A stretch of DNA of 64,000 nt. Origin: an uncultured Verrucomicrobia subdivision 3 bacterium. GTDB taxonomy: Bacteria > Verrucomicrobiota > Verrucomicrobiia > Limisphaerales > UBA11358. The DNA lies in contig CAIPKV010000070.1 in assembly GCA_903865745.1 (NCBI GenBank), positions 99,898 to 163,897 on the forward strand. The letters are read 5' to 3'. This document shows positions 8,743-18,526 of the stretch, in pieces. Under the pieces are notes generated by a model, which was not told the origin of the DNA, searched no databases, and saw nothing but the letters and a program-made list of their open reading frames with translations. The translations under genes were made by a program, and so were the position numbers. How positions within the stretch are numbered: position 1 is the first letter of the stretch; each line of letters opens with the position of its first letter.

Positions 8743-10112
8743 GAATTGTTGGGATTAGTGACGATGTATTCCAAAAGGTGGCCCCAGCTACCGGGGCTAG
8801 TCGGGGCCTTGCCACGACGCATCTCCGCAGAAAGTAATACTAGAATCGTGTGCAAAGCTTCTTTTGATTTAGTGTCAAGCAAGAAGACGTCATCGTGTGA
8901 AAAGGCTTGGTTGACCAGCAACAGCGACTCGACAATCTTGTCTTTGTTCATCACCCCTTGGCTCAGGATTTCCTCATTTCGCGTCTTCAGGCCAAGTTCA
9001 AGTGAGCGCCGCACCTCGGCTCGGTCGGCGTTATCGCACGGCATGACCATGTAAAGCTGCGCCAGCGCGCCTAACATGATGTAGTGGTAAGCGGGACGAG
9101 CATTGTGAGGATCCATCCATCTACCAACATGCAGCCCCTCGGTGAGTTGGCCGGGGATAACGCCAAGGTGCGCCTTCCGAATTGCAGCATTAAGATAATT
9201 CGTGTCTCGGGTGATGGCCCAAGCCTTCGCCAGCAAGCGGACAGTGAAACTGTTATAGTTCCAGTTAGGGCACAAGGGTTGAGCCACAGCCCAGTTGGCA
9301 GACTTGCGCACAGACTCGATATAGTGCTGATCCCGGGTAACTTCGTATAAATCCAACAATGCCAAGCCGCATTCCCCGTTGTCAAATTGCAGGCTTCCTT
9401 CGCCAAGATCGTCAAATATCCAGCCGTGGCGAACCACGCGATCCCATTGGCCCGCCTTCCCGGTCTTCTCCAGAAAACGGGTCGCCGCCTCCATTGTATG
9501 GGCCTTGGAGTTACCGCTCGCCGCGGGGAACGGGAAAACGCCGCTACCGGCCTGCTGCTGCGCCCAAAGCAGAAAATCCGCCGCGTCTTTTGCAATCGCG
9601 AGACTGCGGTCTGCCCCTTCGAGCTTCGCACGAACCACTGCCACACTACCGCTGATCACGGAGGCTGGGACGCGCAGGGGCGAGGTCAGCAGCGCCGGAT
9701 CAACGCCCACTTTCCACCAACGCGTCTCGTCGAGTCGCGCAATGTAGGGCATAAAAGCACGCTTGGCTTCTTGAGGCGTGAGCACTGTTTCACCCATTGG
9801 AACAGGCTGAAATTCATCGGCCACTTCCGGCTCGCCCGCCTGGTTGCCGAGCGCCTCGTGATAGGCAGCTACAGCGATGTGAATGGCGCCAGGATCTTCC
9901 TTCAGCAACGCCTCAGCCAAAGCGGAAACAGCCAATCCCTGAATACTCTTGGGCGCCTCGGCAGCACCCAGCACGACCGGCGATACCGGCAGCAGGACCA
10001 TGAGTAATGGTAAGGCGCGTATTATGCAGATTCTTGCATTTCTCACAAAATTTGATTTAGAAGAAAATCTCGATTTATTGACTTTATCAATTGGCCACAG
10101 ATTAATCGTCAT
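8739..10112 (-). CDS. Secreted hypothetical protein, possibly an (alpha/alpha)-toroid fold (AGE/LanC-like helical hairpin repeats)
   Basis: Long ORF with signal-like LPLLMVLLPVSPVVLGAAEA. Repeated helix-pair motifs of the type ...GECGLALLDLYEVTRDQHYIESVRKSANWAV... and ...LLAKAWAITRDTNYLNAAIRKA... The fold assignment is a guess. Confidence 0.6.
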   Translation of the reverse strand: MTINLWPIDKVNKSRFSSKSNFVRNARICIIRALPLLMVLLPVSPVVLGAAEAPKSIQGLAVSALAEALLKEDPGAIHIAVAAYHEALGNQAGEPEVADEFQPVPMGETVLTPQEAKRAFMPYIARLDETRWWKVGVDPALLTSPLRVPASVISGSVAVVRAKLEGADRSLAIAKDAADFLLWAQQQAGSGVFPFPAASGNSKAHTMEAATRFLEKTGKAGQWDRVVRHGWIFDDLGEGSLQFDNGECGLALLDLYEVTRDQHYIESVRKSANWAVAQPLCPNWNYNSFTVRLLAKAWAITRDTNYLNAAIRKAHLGVIPGQLTEGLHVGRWMDPHNARPAYHYIMLGALAQLYMVMPCDNADRAEVRRSLELGLKTRNEEILSQGVMNKDKIVESLLLVNQAFSHDDVFLLDTKSKEALHTILVLLSAEMRRGKAPTSPGSWGHLLEYIVTNPNNS

Positions 10113-10332
10113 TTGCGTTTTTATTATTTAGCGGCCTTGAGTCGCTTTTCCAAATATTCACCAGCACATCATTCTTCTGCGGCGAACCCCGCGAGCTGCG
10201 GCCGGCGGCGACATATTTCTCCAGCAACCTGGTCAGGTTCGTCACCACTTCGAGATTCTGACCCTGTAGATTAACCCGCTCGCCGACATCATCGTGCATA
10301 TTATAGAGTTGAATGGGCGGCAACCCGAGCAA
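10102..10332 (-). pseudogene. Remnant of the C-terminal ~65 aa of a formylglycine-type sulfatase
   Basis: The 76-aa ORF reads ...LYNMHDDVGERVNLQGQNLEVVTNLTRLLEKYVAAGRSSRGSPQKND... This is the typical sulfatase C-terminal tail (LY.L..D.GE..NL....PE.V..L...L......GRS..G..Q.ND). There is no catalytic N-terminal part, and the upstream frame is occupied by the GH29 gene, which it overlaps by 32 nt. Confidence 0.6.
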
Positions 10333-11740
10333 TCTTGTCCGTGATCTCGATACAGACGACCGAGGCGATTTTGTCCGGCGCTGCCGCCGGCAGATCGAGC
10401 GTCACGCCGGCAGCAGTTTGATGAAACGCCACTTCTTTGTGGTTGGCGAGAAGCCAGACCCGTTTGATTTTGCTTTGGAGGCCGGCCAGTTCAAATTTGC
10501 CGGTCACCGGCCAGTTGAAAATCATAACATAAAGCTTTCCCGGCTTGCTCGTGCAACGCCAGTCCCAGGCGGGGATGAACTTGGGCTTGCCGTCCTTGTC
10601 CTTTTCCACGCCACTAAATTTTCCCGCTTCGGCACCAAACGGCGTCGGGCCGCTGCCGTAAATCGCCTCGCGGTTGACCTTCATCCATTCGCCGACTTCA
10701 GCCAGCCGCTCGACACTCGGCGGCGGGATCAGGCCTTCGCTCGTTGGGCCGACATTGAGGAGATAATTGCCGCCCTTGCTGGCAATGTCACAAAGATTTT
10801 GAATGATCGTTGCCGGAGTCTTCCATTGGTTGTCGTGCTGGTTGTAGCCCCAATGATCATTCAGCGTCATGCAGCTTTCCCAGTCAACTCCGGGACCGAA
10901 GCCGGCGGGCGGAATCTGCTGTTCGGGGGTGCCAAAATCGCCGACGGCGGCGGCATCCGTGGACATGCCGGCCATGCCGGCGCGCGCCTTGTCAACGCGG
11001 TTGTTGATGATCAGCTTCGGATCCAGCGTGCGCAGATAATTGTAAAGATCAACCCCGCGCGCATGGGTCCAGGGCGATTCCCATTCGCCGTCGAACCACA
11101 AAACGCAGGGATGATAATTCGTGATGAGTTCCTTGAGTTGTCCCTTCATGTAGTCCGTGTAGTGGTCCATATCCGGCGTGCCGGTGGCCACATCATTCCA
11201 CGCCCGGCGGGTGCCCCAGTCGGAATTATGCCAGTCCATGATGGAATAATAGACGCAGAACTTGAGGCCTTGCCGGCGACATTCTTCCGACAATTCGCGC
11301 AGCGGGTCGCGCTGGAAGGGCGTGGACTTGATGCCCCAGTCGGTTAACGCCGACGGCCACAAGCAGAAGCCATCGTGATGTTTCGAGGTGATGACCATGT
11401 ATTTCATACCAGCGCCTTTCGCGGTTTTCACAAACATCTTGGCGTCAAATTTTACGGGATTAAATTCCTGCGCAAACTGCTCATAGCGGCTGACGGGAAT
11501 CTGCCCCTGCTCCATAATCCATTCGGCGTAATTGGTCTGCCCATTCCACTCGCCGGCGGGAACAGAATATACCCCCCAGTGAATGAACATGCCGAACTTG
11601 GCCTCGCGCCACCATTCCATGCGGGCGTCATGTTGAGCCTTGGTTTCAACTTGGGAGACCAGGTTAGTTTGGGCTTTGGCAACGGGCAGCAGGGCTGCCC
11701 AAGCCAGCGCGACGGCGACAACGAGTTGTTTTGCTTTCAT
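10301..11740 (-). CDS. Alpha-L-fucosidase, GH29 family
   Basis: Signal peptide MKAKQLVVAVALAWAALLPVAKA. GH29 motifs FGMFIHWGVYSVPAGEW, YMVITSKHHDGFCLW and LWFDGEW. Confidence 0.88.
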   Translation of the reverse strand: MKAKQLVVAVALAWAALLPVAKAQTNLVSQVETKAQHDARMEWWREAKFGMFIHWGVYSVPAGEWNGQTNYAEWIMEQGQIPVSRYEQFAQEFNPVKFDAKMFVKTAKGAGMKYMVITSKHHDGFCLWPSALTDWGIKSTPFQRDPLRELSEECRRQGLKFCVYYSIMDWHNSDWGTRRAWNDVATGTPDMDHYTDYMKGQLKELITNYHPCVLWFDGEWESPWTHARGVDLYNYLRTLDPKLIINNRVDKARAGMAGMSTDAAAVGDFGTPEQQIPPAGFGPGVDWESCMTLNDHWGYNQHDNQWKTPATIIQNLCDIASKGGNYLLNVGPTSEGLIPPPSVERLAEVGEWMKVNREAIYGSGPTPFGAEAGKFSGVEKDKDGKPKFIPAWDWRCTSKPGKLYVMIFNWPVTGKFELAGLQSKIKRVWLLANHKEVAFHQTAAGVTLDLPAAAPDKIASVVCIEITDKIARVAAHSTL

Positions 11741-12070
11741 AAATTATTATGTTTCATTGGTGGTCATTCCTAGTTTGTTCCAATCGCAATTTATTTTGTA
11801 GTATCCGCATGGTATTTGTTCTCGGCACTCTTCACGGCGGGCAGCTTCATCACGTTGCCGGCGAACCTGCAGGACTAACACCGCAAGCGTCACGGCAGCA
11901 ATGGGGGCAATATTTGTTTTCATATCGGACTTACCGTTTCTTCCATGGTGTGGCTTCGATCATAAGCGCTGTGTGCGGCACCAGTGCGGGCACGCGGTTT
12001 GCGCCTTCATGAACGCCAAGGAATTCACCGGTCCAATAGTTATTTAGGCTCACTTAGTGCGGGGGGTTGC

Positions 12071-14092
12071 TCATATCTTCGGCACAGTTTTCTCCAGCCA
12101 GCGGGCCGCCCGCTCACTGGCTTGAGGAATATCCTCGAGCTTGCGCTCTACTTGTGGCAGGAACTGCCACCGATCTGGCGTCTTCTCGACGTTCCCACGT
12201 GAGCGCACTATGTAGCCAGGCGGCACCTGGGGAGGATGGTGGTGTGCGAGCACGGTGGCCAAAGGCTTCTTGATCCTTCGCATACAGGCTCCTTCTGACT
12301 CGATGATGGCTGCGGCCTGATGCTGAGCATCTGCCAATTTCACCTTGCCCTCCCTGGCCTGATCACGCAAGACCGCCAGCCGATACATGTTCATTTCCGA
12401 TTCCGCCAACTCCCGCGCCAGTGCGACCTGCGCCACAGCCTGTTCACCATACCATCGGCTGTCCCGGCCCTTATTAGGCTCGTAGATGTGATCCGTGGGA
12501 ACAGTGCCTTCGGGGATGGCCTCAAGCGCCGATTGCATCGCCGCCAGCGCGGCATCGAGATACTCCAGCAAGCGGGGCATTTGCAACAGATTAGCCTCGC
12601 GTAACAACCGGTGATGTTCCGAACCGTCGAAGCAAATTCTCCACCACCACTCCCAGTCGCCCTCGGGCACGCTCGCGGGAAAGGTAAACGGGAAGTCAGC
12701 AGGCCAGGTGAATATCTTAAAACGCGCGCCGTAGAAACCTTGCCGCAAGTTGTGGTAGCCCAACCGCATCATCCATATCTGGGTGGCAGCGGACACGGCC
12801 CGAAAAGCGCGACCCCATTCGCTCGCGGCGTTCTTGCCGAATAACTTCACACATTCCTCCCGCACCAACTCCTCCTCCGGCGCCGCATTCCCGGCCAATA
12901 ATGTCCGGAGCATCCTGGCTTTGATTGTTTCAGCCGACAAAGACATCCCCCAGAAGGTGCCGATATTCTGGACCCGTTCCGCCTGCAAAGAACGAATCTG
13001 CCGCACCAGAGCGAAGGGGTCGGGGAAAGCGGCAGCCAATCCGTATTCCTCGGCGGCCAAAAACTCGTGATACGCATAAACCGTCGCACCGCTCTTGGAA
13101 AGCGCCGCATGGATGGAACGAAAAGAGGGGGCGGGCTCGAGGTGAGCGGCGTAACATTCCTCACCCGAAAACTTCGCCATGATGCCGAGTGGCCAGGAAA
13201 GCTGATTGATCAAATCAAATGTCCGATCCTTCATGTTGTGGTTCTCAATTAGGATTTCAATTCCGGAACGAACTTCGTTGGCGCCCGCATGCAGTTGATC
13301 GAGCAGCAAGGCGAAGCTCTCCATTTGCCTCCCAAATTCGTCCGCAGCCTTAAAACGCTTGGCGCAGCGGGGGCAATTCGTATCGCAGAATTCATTGCGC
13401 CCGTCACCCGACAGCACTATGGCTCCTTTGAGCAACGGAAACCGCCGGAATAGTTCACGGCTGCGGGTGCGGTAGTAGGCCTGGACCGTGGGATGGCTGA
13501 TGCAGAGCGGTCGGCCTGTCACGCTGCCATATTGGCGCACTCCAAGGCACTCCTCCGGGATGATCGCACGGGCCTCGTCGCGAACGCATTGAGGCGCATA
13601 CACCGAGAATTGCTCGAACGGAACCAGCGGCTCGATAAGGTATATGTATGCCTCCAATCCGTGTCGTCGGCACCGCTCGGTTTGCTCCTTTATCCACTGG
13701 CCGCTGAATTCCACAACCAGTGGGTCGCCCAAGCCCGGCCAGACTTCTGAATTACAATACTGATGCAGTTGCGGTGTGCCGGGCGCCCAAGAATCAGAGT
13801 TTATCAGGGCCTGATTGAAGCCAATCTTTGCGCAGGCGGCGAGCTCAGCGTCGGCAAAATCGGGATGAAATTCGTGGAAAGGCCAGCACATCCGCTTCTT
13901 GAATGGAAGGGGCCGGGACGCCGCCGAATCGAGGACGGCTTGGGGCTCTTTGGAGGCTGGGTCCGGCTGGGTTTTCGCTTGGACGGGGACAGAGATTTCT
14001 GATGCCGGACTGGCAATAGCGGCCAGCCCAGCCGCAGCCGCTGCCGATTTGGCGATAAATACTCGTCGGGAGGTTTGGTGATGCTGATTCAT
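12071..14092 (-). CDS. Tat-signal secreted protein of unknown function (possible glycan-active enzyme)
   Basis: N-terminus MNQHHQTSRRVFIAKSAAAAAGLAAIASPA is a twin-arginine-type signal (SRRVFI plus an Ala-rich h-region). The 673-aa ORF sits inside the CAZyme array. I recognise no family motif. Confidence 0.7.
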   Translation of the reverse strand: MNQHHQTSRRVFIAKSAAAAAGLAAIASPASEISVPVQAKTQPDPASKEPQAVLDSAASRPLPFKKRMCWPFHEFHPDFADAELAACAKIGFNQALINSDSWAPGTPQLHQYCNSEVWPGLGDPLVVEFSGQWIKEQTERCRRHGLEAYIYLIEPLVPFEQFSVYAPQCVRDEARAIIPEECLGVRQYGSVTGRPLCISHPTVQAYYRTRSRELFRRFPLLKGAIVLSGDGRNEFCDTNCPRCAKRFKAADEFGRQMESFALLLDQLHAGANEVRSGIEILIENHNMKDRTFDLINQLSWPLGIMAKFSGEECYAAHLEPAPSFRSIHAALSKSGATVYAYHEFLAAEEYGLAAAFPDPFALVRQIRSLQAERVQNIGTFWGMSLSAETIKARMLRTLLAGNAAPEEELVREECVKLFGKNAASEWGRAFRAVSAATQIWMMRLGYHNLRQGFYGARFKIFTWPADFPFTFPASVPEGDWEWWWRICFDGSEHHRLLREANLLQMPRLLEYLDAALAAMQSALEAIPEGTVPTDHIYEPNKGRDSRWYGEQAVAQVALARELAESEMNMYRLAVLRDQAREGKVKLADAQHQAAAIIESEGACMRRIKKPLATVLAHHHPPQVPPGYIVRSRGNVEKTPDRWQFLPQVERKLEDIPQASERAARWLEKTVPKI

Positions 14093-14172
14093 ATCGGATG
14101 TGGTTTCATCGTATTCATTCCGTCAATGGGCCGTTGTGTGCGTCAAGTTCTGCAATTTGGATTTCATGATAG

Positions 14173-16110
14173 TCACGAGGTAAATCGATGCGGCGCGGGT
14201 GCATTGTTCAAATGATTGCCGCCTTCCCAGCGCAAATTGCGGAATTCCGGAGCAGCGCCCTTCCAGTTGCCACCGAGGAAGACCGGCTTCGCCCCTTCTT
14301 TTTTTGAGCGAAGTGTTTCCTGCGCACCGAGGCGCAACTCTTTCAAGCCTGACCAGCTTGGGAGCGGGTTGCCATCCGCATCGTGGAAATCAGCCGGAAC
14401 CAGCGTGACGCTCCGCCATTCTGCGCCGCCGGCAAGCGACACCTCCGCCGCGTATCCATCAAGACCCACTACGAGTTTGTTCGGCGGTCCAGTGCGAACC
14501 TCCAGCGCGAGTTTCGCCCCCGCCGGAGCCTGCCATTGCGGGTCGTGGAGTTTGTGGGTCTTTCGCGCCCAATTGTCGGTCATTTCGTAAGTGAACCATT
14601 CCTTCTGCCAGTCTTTTTCAAAGCTCTCAATCAGCAGCGACGGCTTTGCGGTTGCCTGAACTCCGGCCGCCTTGAGTTGAGCGGGAGTTGCCACGAGCAT
14701 ACGGGAGGAAAGGTTGAACTGCCGTGCTTTGTAGCGGCCGTAATAATACCCGGCACCGGTGACGGGTTTGTCCAAGGCATAGAGCACATTGGCATATACC
14801 CAGAGCGGCTTCTCGATGGCGAGCAGGGGCAGATCCGCCGTCCAACTGTTCCCGTTCGGCTTGGCATCCGCATGGTGCCAGAAACGGGCTATCGTATTTT
14901 CCCGGTCGTTCTTCTCTCCCTCCATCTGCCCTTGCTGGGTGTAATAGATATCCACCGAAATAATCTGCCGGCTTGAATCCGGATTCACCGTGAATGACGG
15001 AACGGCATCCGCCGTTTTCAATTTCAAGGAGGCGTCGGGTGTCTGCGGAAACTGGAAATCACCTTTCAAATACTGGTCAAACCACAAGAGGCCGGCGACC
15101 TGGTAGGGTTCAGTGTCCTGATGGTTGTGATGCGGCGAGCAGGTTAATCGCCAGTCTTGGCTCTTGATTTCCCCAAGGGCCTTTTGCAAATCATCAATGC
15201 GGCCATGAAAATCATTGGCGGGACTGAGAAACACCATCGGGCACGAGATTCGTTTGAGACTTTGGTCGTCATTGATCGTCGCCCGATACAGCGGATTTTC
15301 AGAAGTGCGATCACTGAGGCCACCGCAGGATGGCGCTGCCGCCTTGACGCGGGCATCTGCCGCCGTAGTCATGACGGTCAGCTTGCCGCCCATGGAATGT
15401 CCGTAAACGCCGAGCTTTTGCGCATCCACTTCCGGCTGCTGTTCCAGGAAGGTCAACGCGCGCCGCGCAGCGAGCGTGCATAGAAACCAAGGACTGTTGC
15501 GGGGCGACTCCACGGCATCCAGCGTCCACGCGGCCGGGGCCACGGATCCAAATTCGTTCTTCGCGTTTCGGCAAGGGGCATGATAAGCATCCAACGCGCC
15601 CCAGTCGGTGGTGAGTTTGTAGGCCGGATCGTTAGTCTTTGCCTCCCAGAAAAGTTTCACCGTATCGCTGTTGACCTCATAGCCCGGCGCGCTGACTCTT
15701 CCCGCCCAGGCGATGGAAATCGTGGCATAACCGCGCTTGGCATTAGTCAACGGAGCTTTGTAGTCGGCGAACTGTCCGCCGCCATGAATCTGAACCAACC
15801 CCGGGAGGTTTGTGCCTCCTTTGGGAAATCCATAGACTGCCGCCATCATCGCTTTCTGCCCCTTGAAAATCCCGATGTGGTAGCGGACGATTTGCAATAC
15901 CACGCCATCTTCTTCCCAATGCTTGAGCACCTCCGTCTCGAGCGGTTCCTTCTGCGGATCGTAGCCGGTCCAAAGCTCTTCAAAAGTTTGCGGCGCTTTG
16001 CCGCCCGTGAGCGGAGGCAGCGATTCTTCCGCGCCCAAGATCCTATTTGCGCCAAAGCCCACGAGGCTCGCTAGAATAAACAGCGTTATTAATTTAGATT
16101 TATTTATCAT
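14173..16110 (-). CDS. Alpha/beta-hydrolase esterase (acetyl-xylan-esterase/dienelactone-hydrolase-like) with an uncharacterised C-terminal half
   Basis: Signal peptide. Nucleophile elbow GVYGHSMGG preceded by LVQIHGGG (oxyanion region). The C-terminal ~250 aa have no motif I recognise. Confidence 0.75.
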   Translation of the reverse strand: MINKSKLITLFILASLVGFGANRILGAEESLPPLTGGKAPQTFEELWTGYDPQKEPLETEVLKHWEEDGVVLQIVRYHIGIFKGQKAMMAAVYGFPKGGTNLPGLVQIHGGGQFADYKAPLTNAKRGYATISIAWAGRVSAPGYEVNSDTVKLFWEAKTNDPAYKLTTDWGALDAYHAPCRNAKNEFGSVAPAAWTLDAVESPRNSPWFLCTLAARRALTFLEQQPEVDAQKLGVYGHSMGGKLTVMTTAADARVKAAAPSCGGLSDRTSENPLYRATINDDQSLKRISCPMVFLSPANDFHGRIDDLQKALGEIKSQDWRLTCSPHHNHQDTEPYQVAGLLWFDQYLKGDFQFPQTPDASLKLKTADAVPSFTVNPDSSRQIISVDIYYTQQGQMEGEKNDRENTIARFWHHADAKPNGNSWTADLPLLAIEKPLWVYANVLYALDKPVTGAGYYYGRYKARQFNLSSRMLVATPAQLKAAGVQATAKPSLLIESFEKDWQKEWFTYEMTDNWARKTHKLHDPQWQAPAGAKLALEVRTGPPNKLVVGLDGYAAEVSLAGGAEWRSVTLVPADFHDADGNPLPSWSGLKELRLGAQETLRSKKEGAKPVFLGGNWKGAAPEFRNLRWEGGNHLNNAPAPHRFTS

Positions 16111-16114
16111 GTTT

Positions 16115-16954
16115 TCATTGGGCTTGTAGGGCGATCAGCGCTTCCGCGTAGCGTTGGCCCAAGATCCGCGCGGATTTGGCGTCGAAATGCAAGTGATCGC
16201 CCCGATCCTTCAATCTCCGGGAGGAAACGCAGACGTAGTCTTTCACTGTATTGGTTAAATCTTGCAGCACCGCGTTGAACCTTTCCGTGTCTGCCAGATT
16301 ATCAGGATTAAAGGTTCCCAACTCGCCCGAGACGAAAGGGAGGTTGGGCGCGTCGAACTCCCGGCGCAGCCGCGCAATCAGGCTGGCCAGAGACTGGCCA
16401 TAGGTGGCGCTGGCGGCACGGTCGGCTTCGCCCTGATGCCAAATGATGCCCTTGAGGATGCCAACTTTTTGCGCCTCACGGACACGCTTAAGCATGTCAT
16501 CGTAAGGATGGGTGTGCGTGGCCTGATCTTCCGCCCCCGGTGCCCAAGCCTCGATGGATGTTCCGCCGACCGCGCAAGGAATCAAGCCTATGCGCATCCG
16601 GGGATTGGCCTCTGCCATTTGTTTACCGAACGCCAAGCCCGGGCCGACGCCGGCAATAGGCTTGTCAAAATGCAGCGGGTCGGTGGCCGGTTTCCAAGTG
16701 AGTTCCTTAGTGAACATGAGGACGCGCGGGTTGGTTTTTTTGGATTCTTCGTCTATTTGCCCGCGTCCAGCCATGTTCGACTGGCCAATCAAGAGATAGA
16801 GATGGAAATTCGGATCGGGCAACCGCTTCGGAGTCTGGCCAAAAACGCTAACCACCTGCAGGAGGCAGAATAACGCCATCAAGACGGGATATTGTTTCAG
16901 AACATTGCCCCCGCACTGAACGACACCCAGGTTGTTGTTTTTCATTTTTTGCAT
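16115..16954 (-). CDS. Sialate/carbohydrate O-acetylesterase (SASA/DUF303, SGNH-like)
   Basis: LLIGQSNMAGRG (Ser nucleophile block), IPCAVGGTSI and IIWHQGEAD are the SASA-family blocks. Confidence 0.85.
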   Translation of the reverse strand: MQKMKNNNLGVVQCGGNVLKQYPVLMALFCLLQVVSVFGQTPKRLPDPNFHLYLLIGQSNMAGRGQIDEESKKTNPRVLMFTKELTWKPATDPLHFDKPIAGVGPGLAFGKQMAEANPRMRIGLIPCAVGGTSIEAWAPGAEDQATHTHPYDDMLKRVREAQKVGILKGIIWHQGEADRAASATYGQSLASLIARLRREFDAPNLPFVSGELGTFNPDNLADTERFNAVLQDLTNTVKDYVCVSSRRLKDRGDHLHFDAKSARILGQRYAEALIALQAQ

Positions 16955-18522
16955 GAAATGGCCTTGGTGTTTTTCGGCAGGCGATTGCCACTCTGCGAAA
17001 TCTGTTCCAGTTCATTGGCGCTGGCTTGAACCAGACAATTGGGCAAGCCCGTCACTTTGCAGTTTGATAACCCAATTTCAGAACTTTCGGCCGATTCCAA
17101 AACCGCAATACCATCGGCCTGAAGGTTGGAATCACGAAGCGTGAATCCATTGACATCCTCCAGAACAAATGCCGGCCGTTTCTCCTCGCCAGAGTAACTG
17201 AATTGGATTTCGTTCAGCTCGATATTCTCCGCGTGCCGGATGAACATCCCATACGAAGGCAGGCTTCCAAAAAAGAATTGCTCAGGATAGCGCTTTTCAT
17301 CCTCGGGAACAGTTCTTTCAGCCTTGTCGGCAGGCCCCATTCCCGGAAAGCGAATGACGATGTTATCCAGCCGGATACCTGAAACCTTGTGCCCGGGAAT
17401 CCCCGTGATCATGATTCCCGAACGGAGCTTTTCAGCGGTGGTCACCGTGGCGCGGACGTTGCTGATCGTGATATTTTTCAACGCCCCGACTTTCACCGGT
17501 GAGCCGTCCGACTCGGGCGTCTGGTAAGCGGCCCCTCGATTCCCCAGGCGAATGAATAGCGGCCCCTCAACCTGATCCATGATGATGTTTTGTATCAATA
17601 TATTTTCCAGGGTTCCGCCATCAACACATTCCAGCTTGATCGCGCCCATCTTGACATCCCGCATCACACAATCAGAGACGATGATATTCCTGAAGCCGGC
17701 CCGGGATGAGGTGCCGCACTTGAAAGCGGCCGTATCGCTGCTGATGACACAATTTTTTACAAAAATATTTTCGCAGGGTTTCCCGAAACTACTCTTGAGA
17801 CAAACCGCGTCGTCGCCCGAGGAAATATTGCTGTCCGAGATGAAAACATCACGGCATCCGTCAATGTCAATTCCGTCGTTGTTTTGATTGGCCCGATGGC
17901 TGATGTTCACACTCCGGATATGGATGTTGTCGCAATCCACCAGATGGACACCCCAGGATGCCGGGTTATTCAGGCTCACATTCTCCAACTGGACATTTTG
18001 ACACCGGTAAAATCGCATCAACATAGGCCGGCGTCCGAGTTCCTTTTGTCCGGCGATATGAACTGGAAACGTGTCCGGCTGCCCGCGCCCGTCAATCATG
18101 CCGGGACCTTCAATCCTTACATCTACCGCCCGATCTGCCACCAGCAGCGCTTGAATGAATTCTGAGGCGGTTAGCACCTGTCCGGTTGGAGATTTTTGAT
18201 TGGCGACAACTTCTCCGGAGCCCGGATTGCTGGTGGGATAGTCCGCCAACGAACGGCTCCCCAGCAACTCGGCTCCGCCTTGCAATGACAGCCAGACATG
18301 ACTTTTGAGATAGAGCGTTCCCGTTACAAATTGACCCGCTGGAATCAACACCCTGCCGCCACCCTGTTCATGAACTTGATCAATTGCTTTTTGAATCTGG
18401 GCGGTGTTGATTGCTTTTCCGTCGCCGACAGCTCCGCAATCTGCAATTGAAACATTCAGGGCCAATGCATTCAGTTGGCCGGAGGCAGCTATGAAAAGAA
18501 TTATGCCAGCGAAATATTTCAT
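16942..18522 (-). CDS. Glycoside hydrolase family 28 (parallel beta-helix)
   Basis: Signal peptide MKYFAGIILFIAASGQLNALA, then IADCGAVGDGKAINTAQIQKAIDQV. GH28-like strands NNDGIDIDGC, SGDDAVCLKS and GAIKLE. Confidence 0.8.
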   Translation of the reverse strand: MKYFAGIILFIAASGQLNALALNVSIADCGAVGDGKAINTAQIQKAIDQVHEQGGGRVLIPAGQFVTGTLYLKSHVWLSLQGGAELLGSRSLADYPTSNPGSGEVVANQKSPTGQVLTASEFIQALLVADRAVDVRIEGPGMIDGRGQPDTFPVHIAGQKELGRRPMLMRFYRCQNVQLENVSLNNPASWGVHLVDCDNIHIRSVNISHRANQNNDGIDIDGCRDVFISDSNISSGDDAVCLKSSFGKPCENIFVKNCVISSDTAAFKCGTSSRAGFRNIIVSDCVMRDVKMGAIKLECVDGGTLENILIQNIIMDQVEGPLFIRLGNRGAAYQTPESDGSPVKVGALKNITISNVRATVTTAEKLRSGIMITGIPGHKVSGIRLDNIVIRFPGMGPADKAERTVPEDEKRYPEQFFFGSLPSYGMFIRHAENIELNEIQFSYSGEEKRPAFVLEDVNGFTLRDSNLQADGIAVLESAESSEIGLSNCKVTGLPNCLVQASANELEQISQSGNRLPKNTKAISCKK

Positions 18523-18526
18523 GTCG

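Noticed and set aside
10102-10332. Treating the 76-aa ORF as a genuine small gene.
   Set aside because: The sequence corresponds only to the extreme C-terminus of sulfatases and overlaps the GH29 gene. It is better explained as a gene remnant and is reported as a pseudogene.
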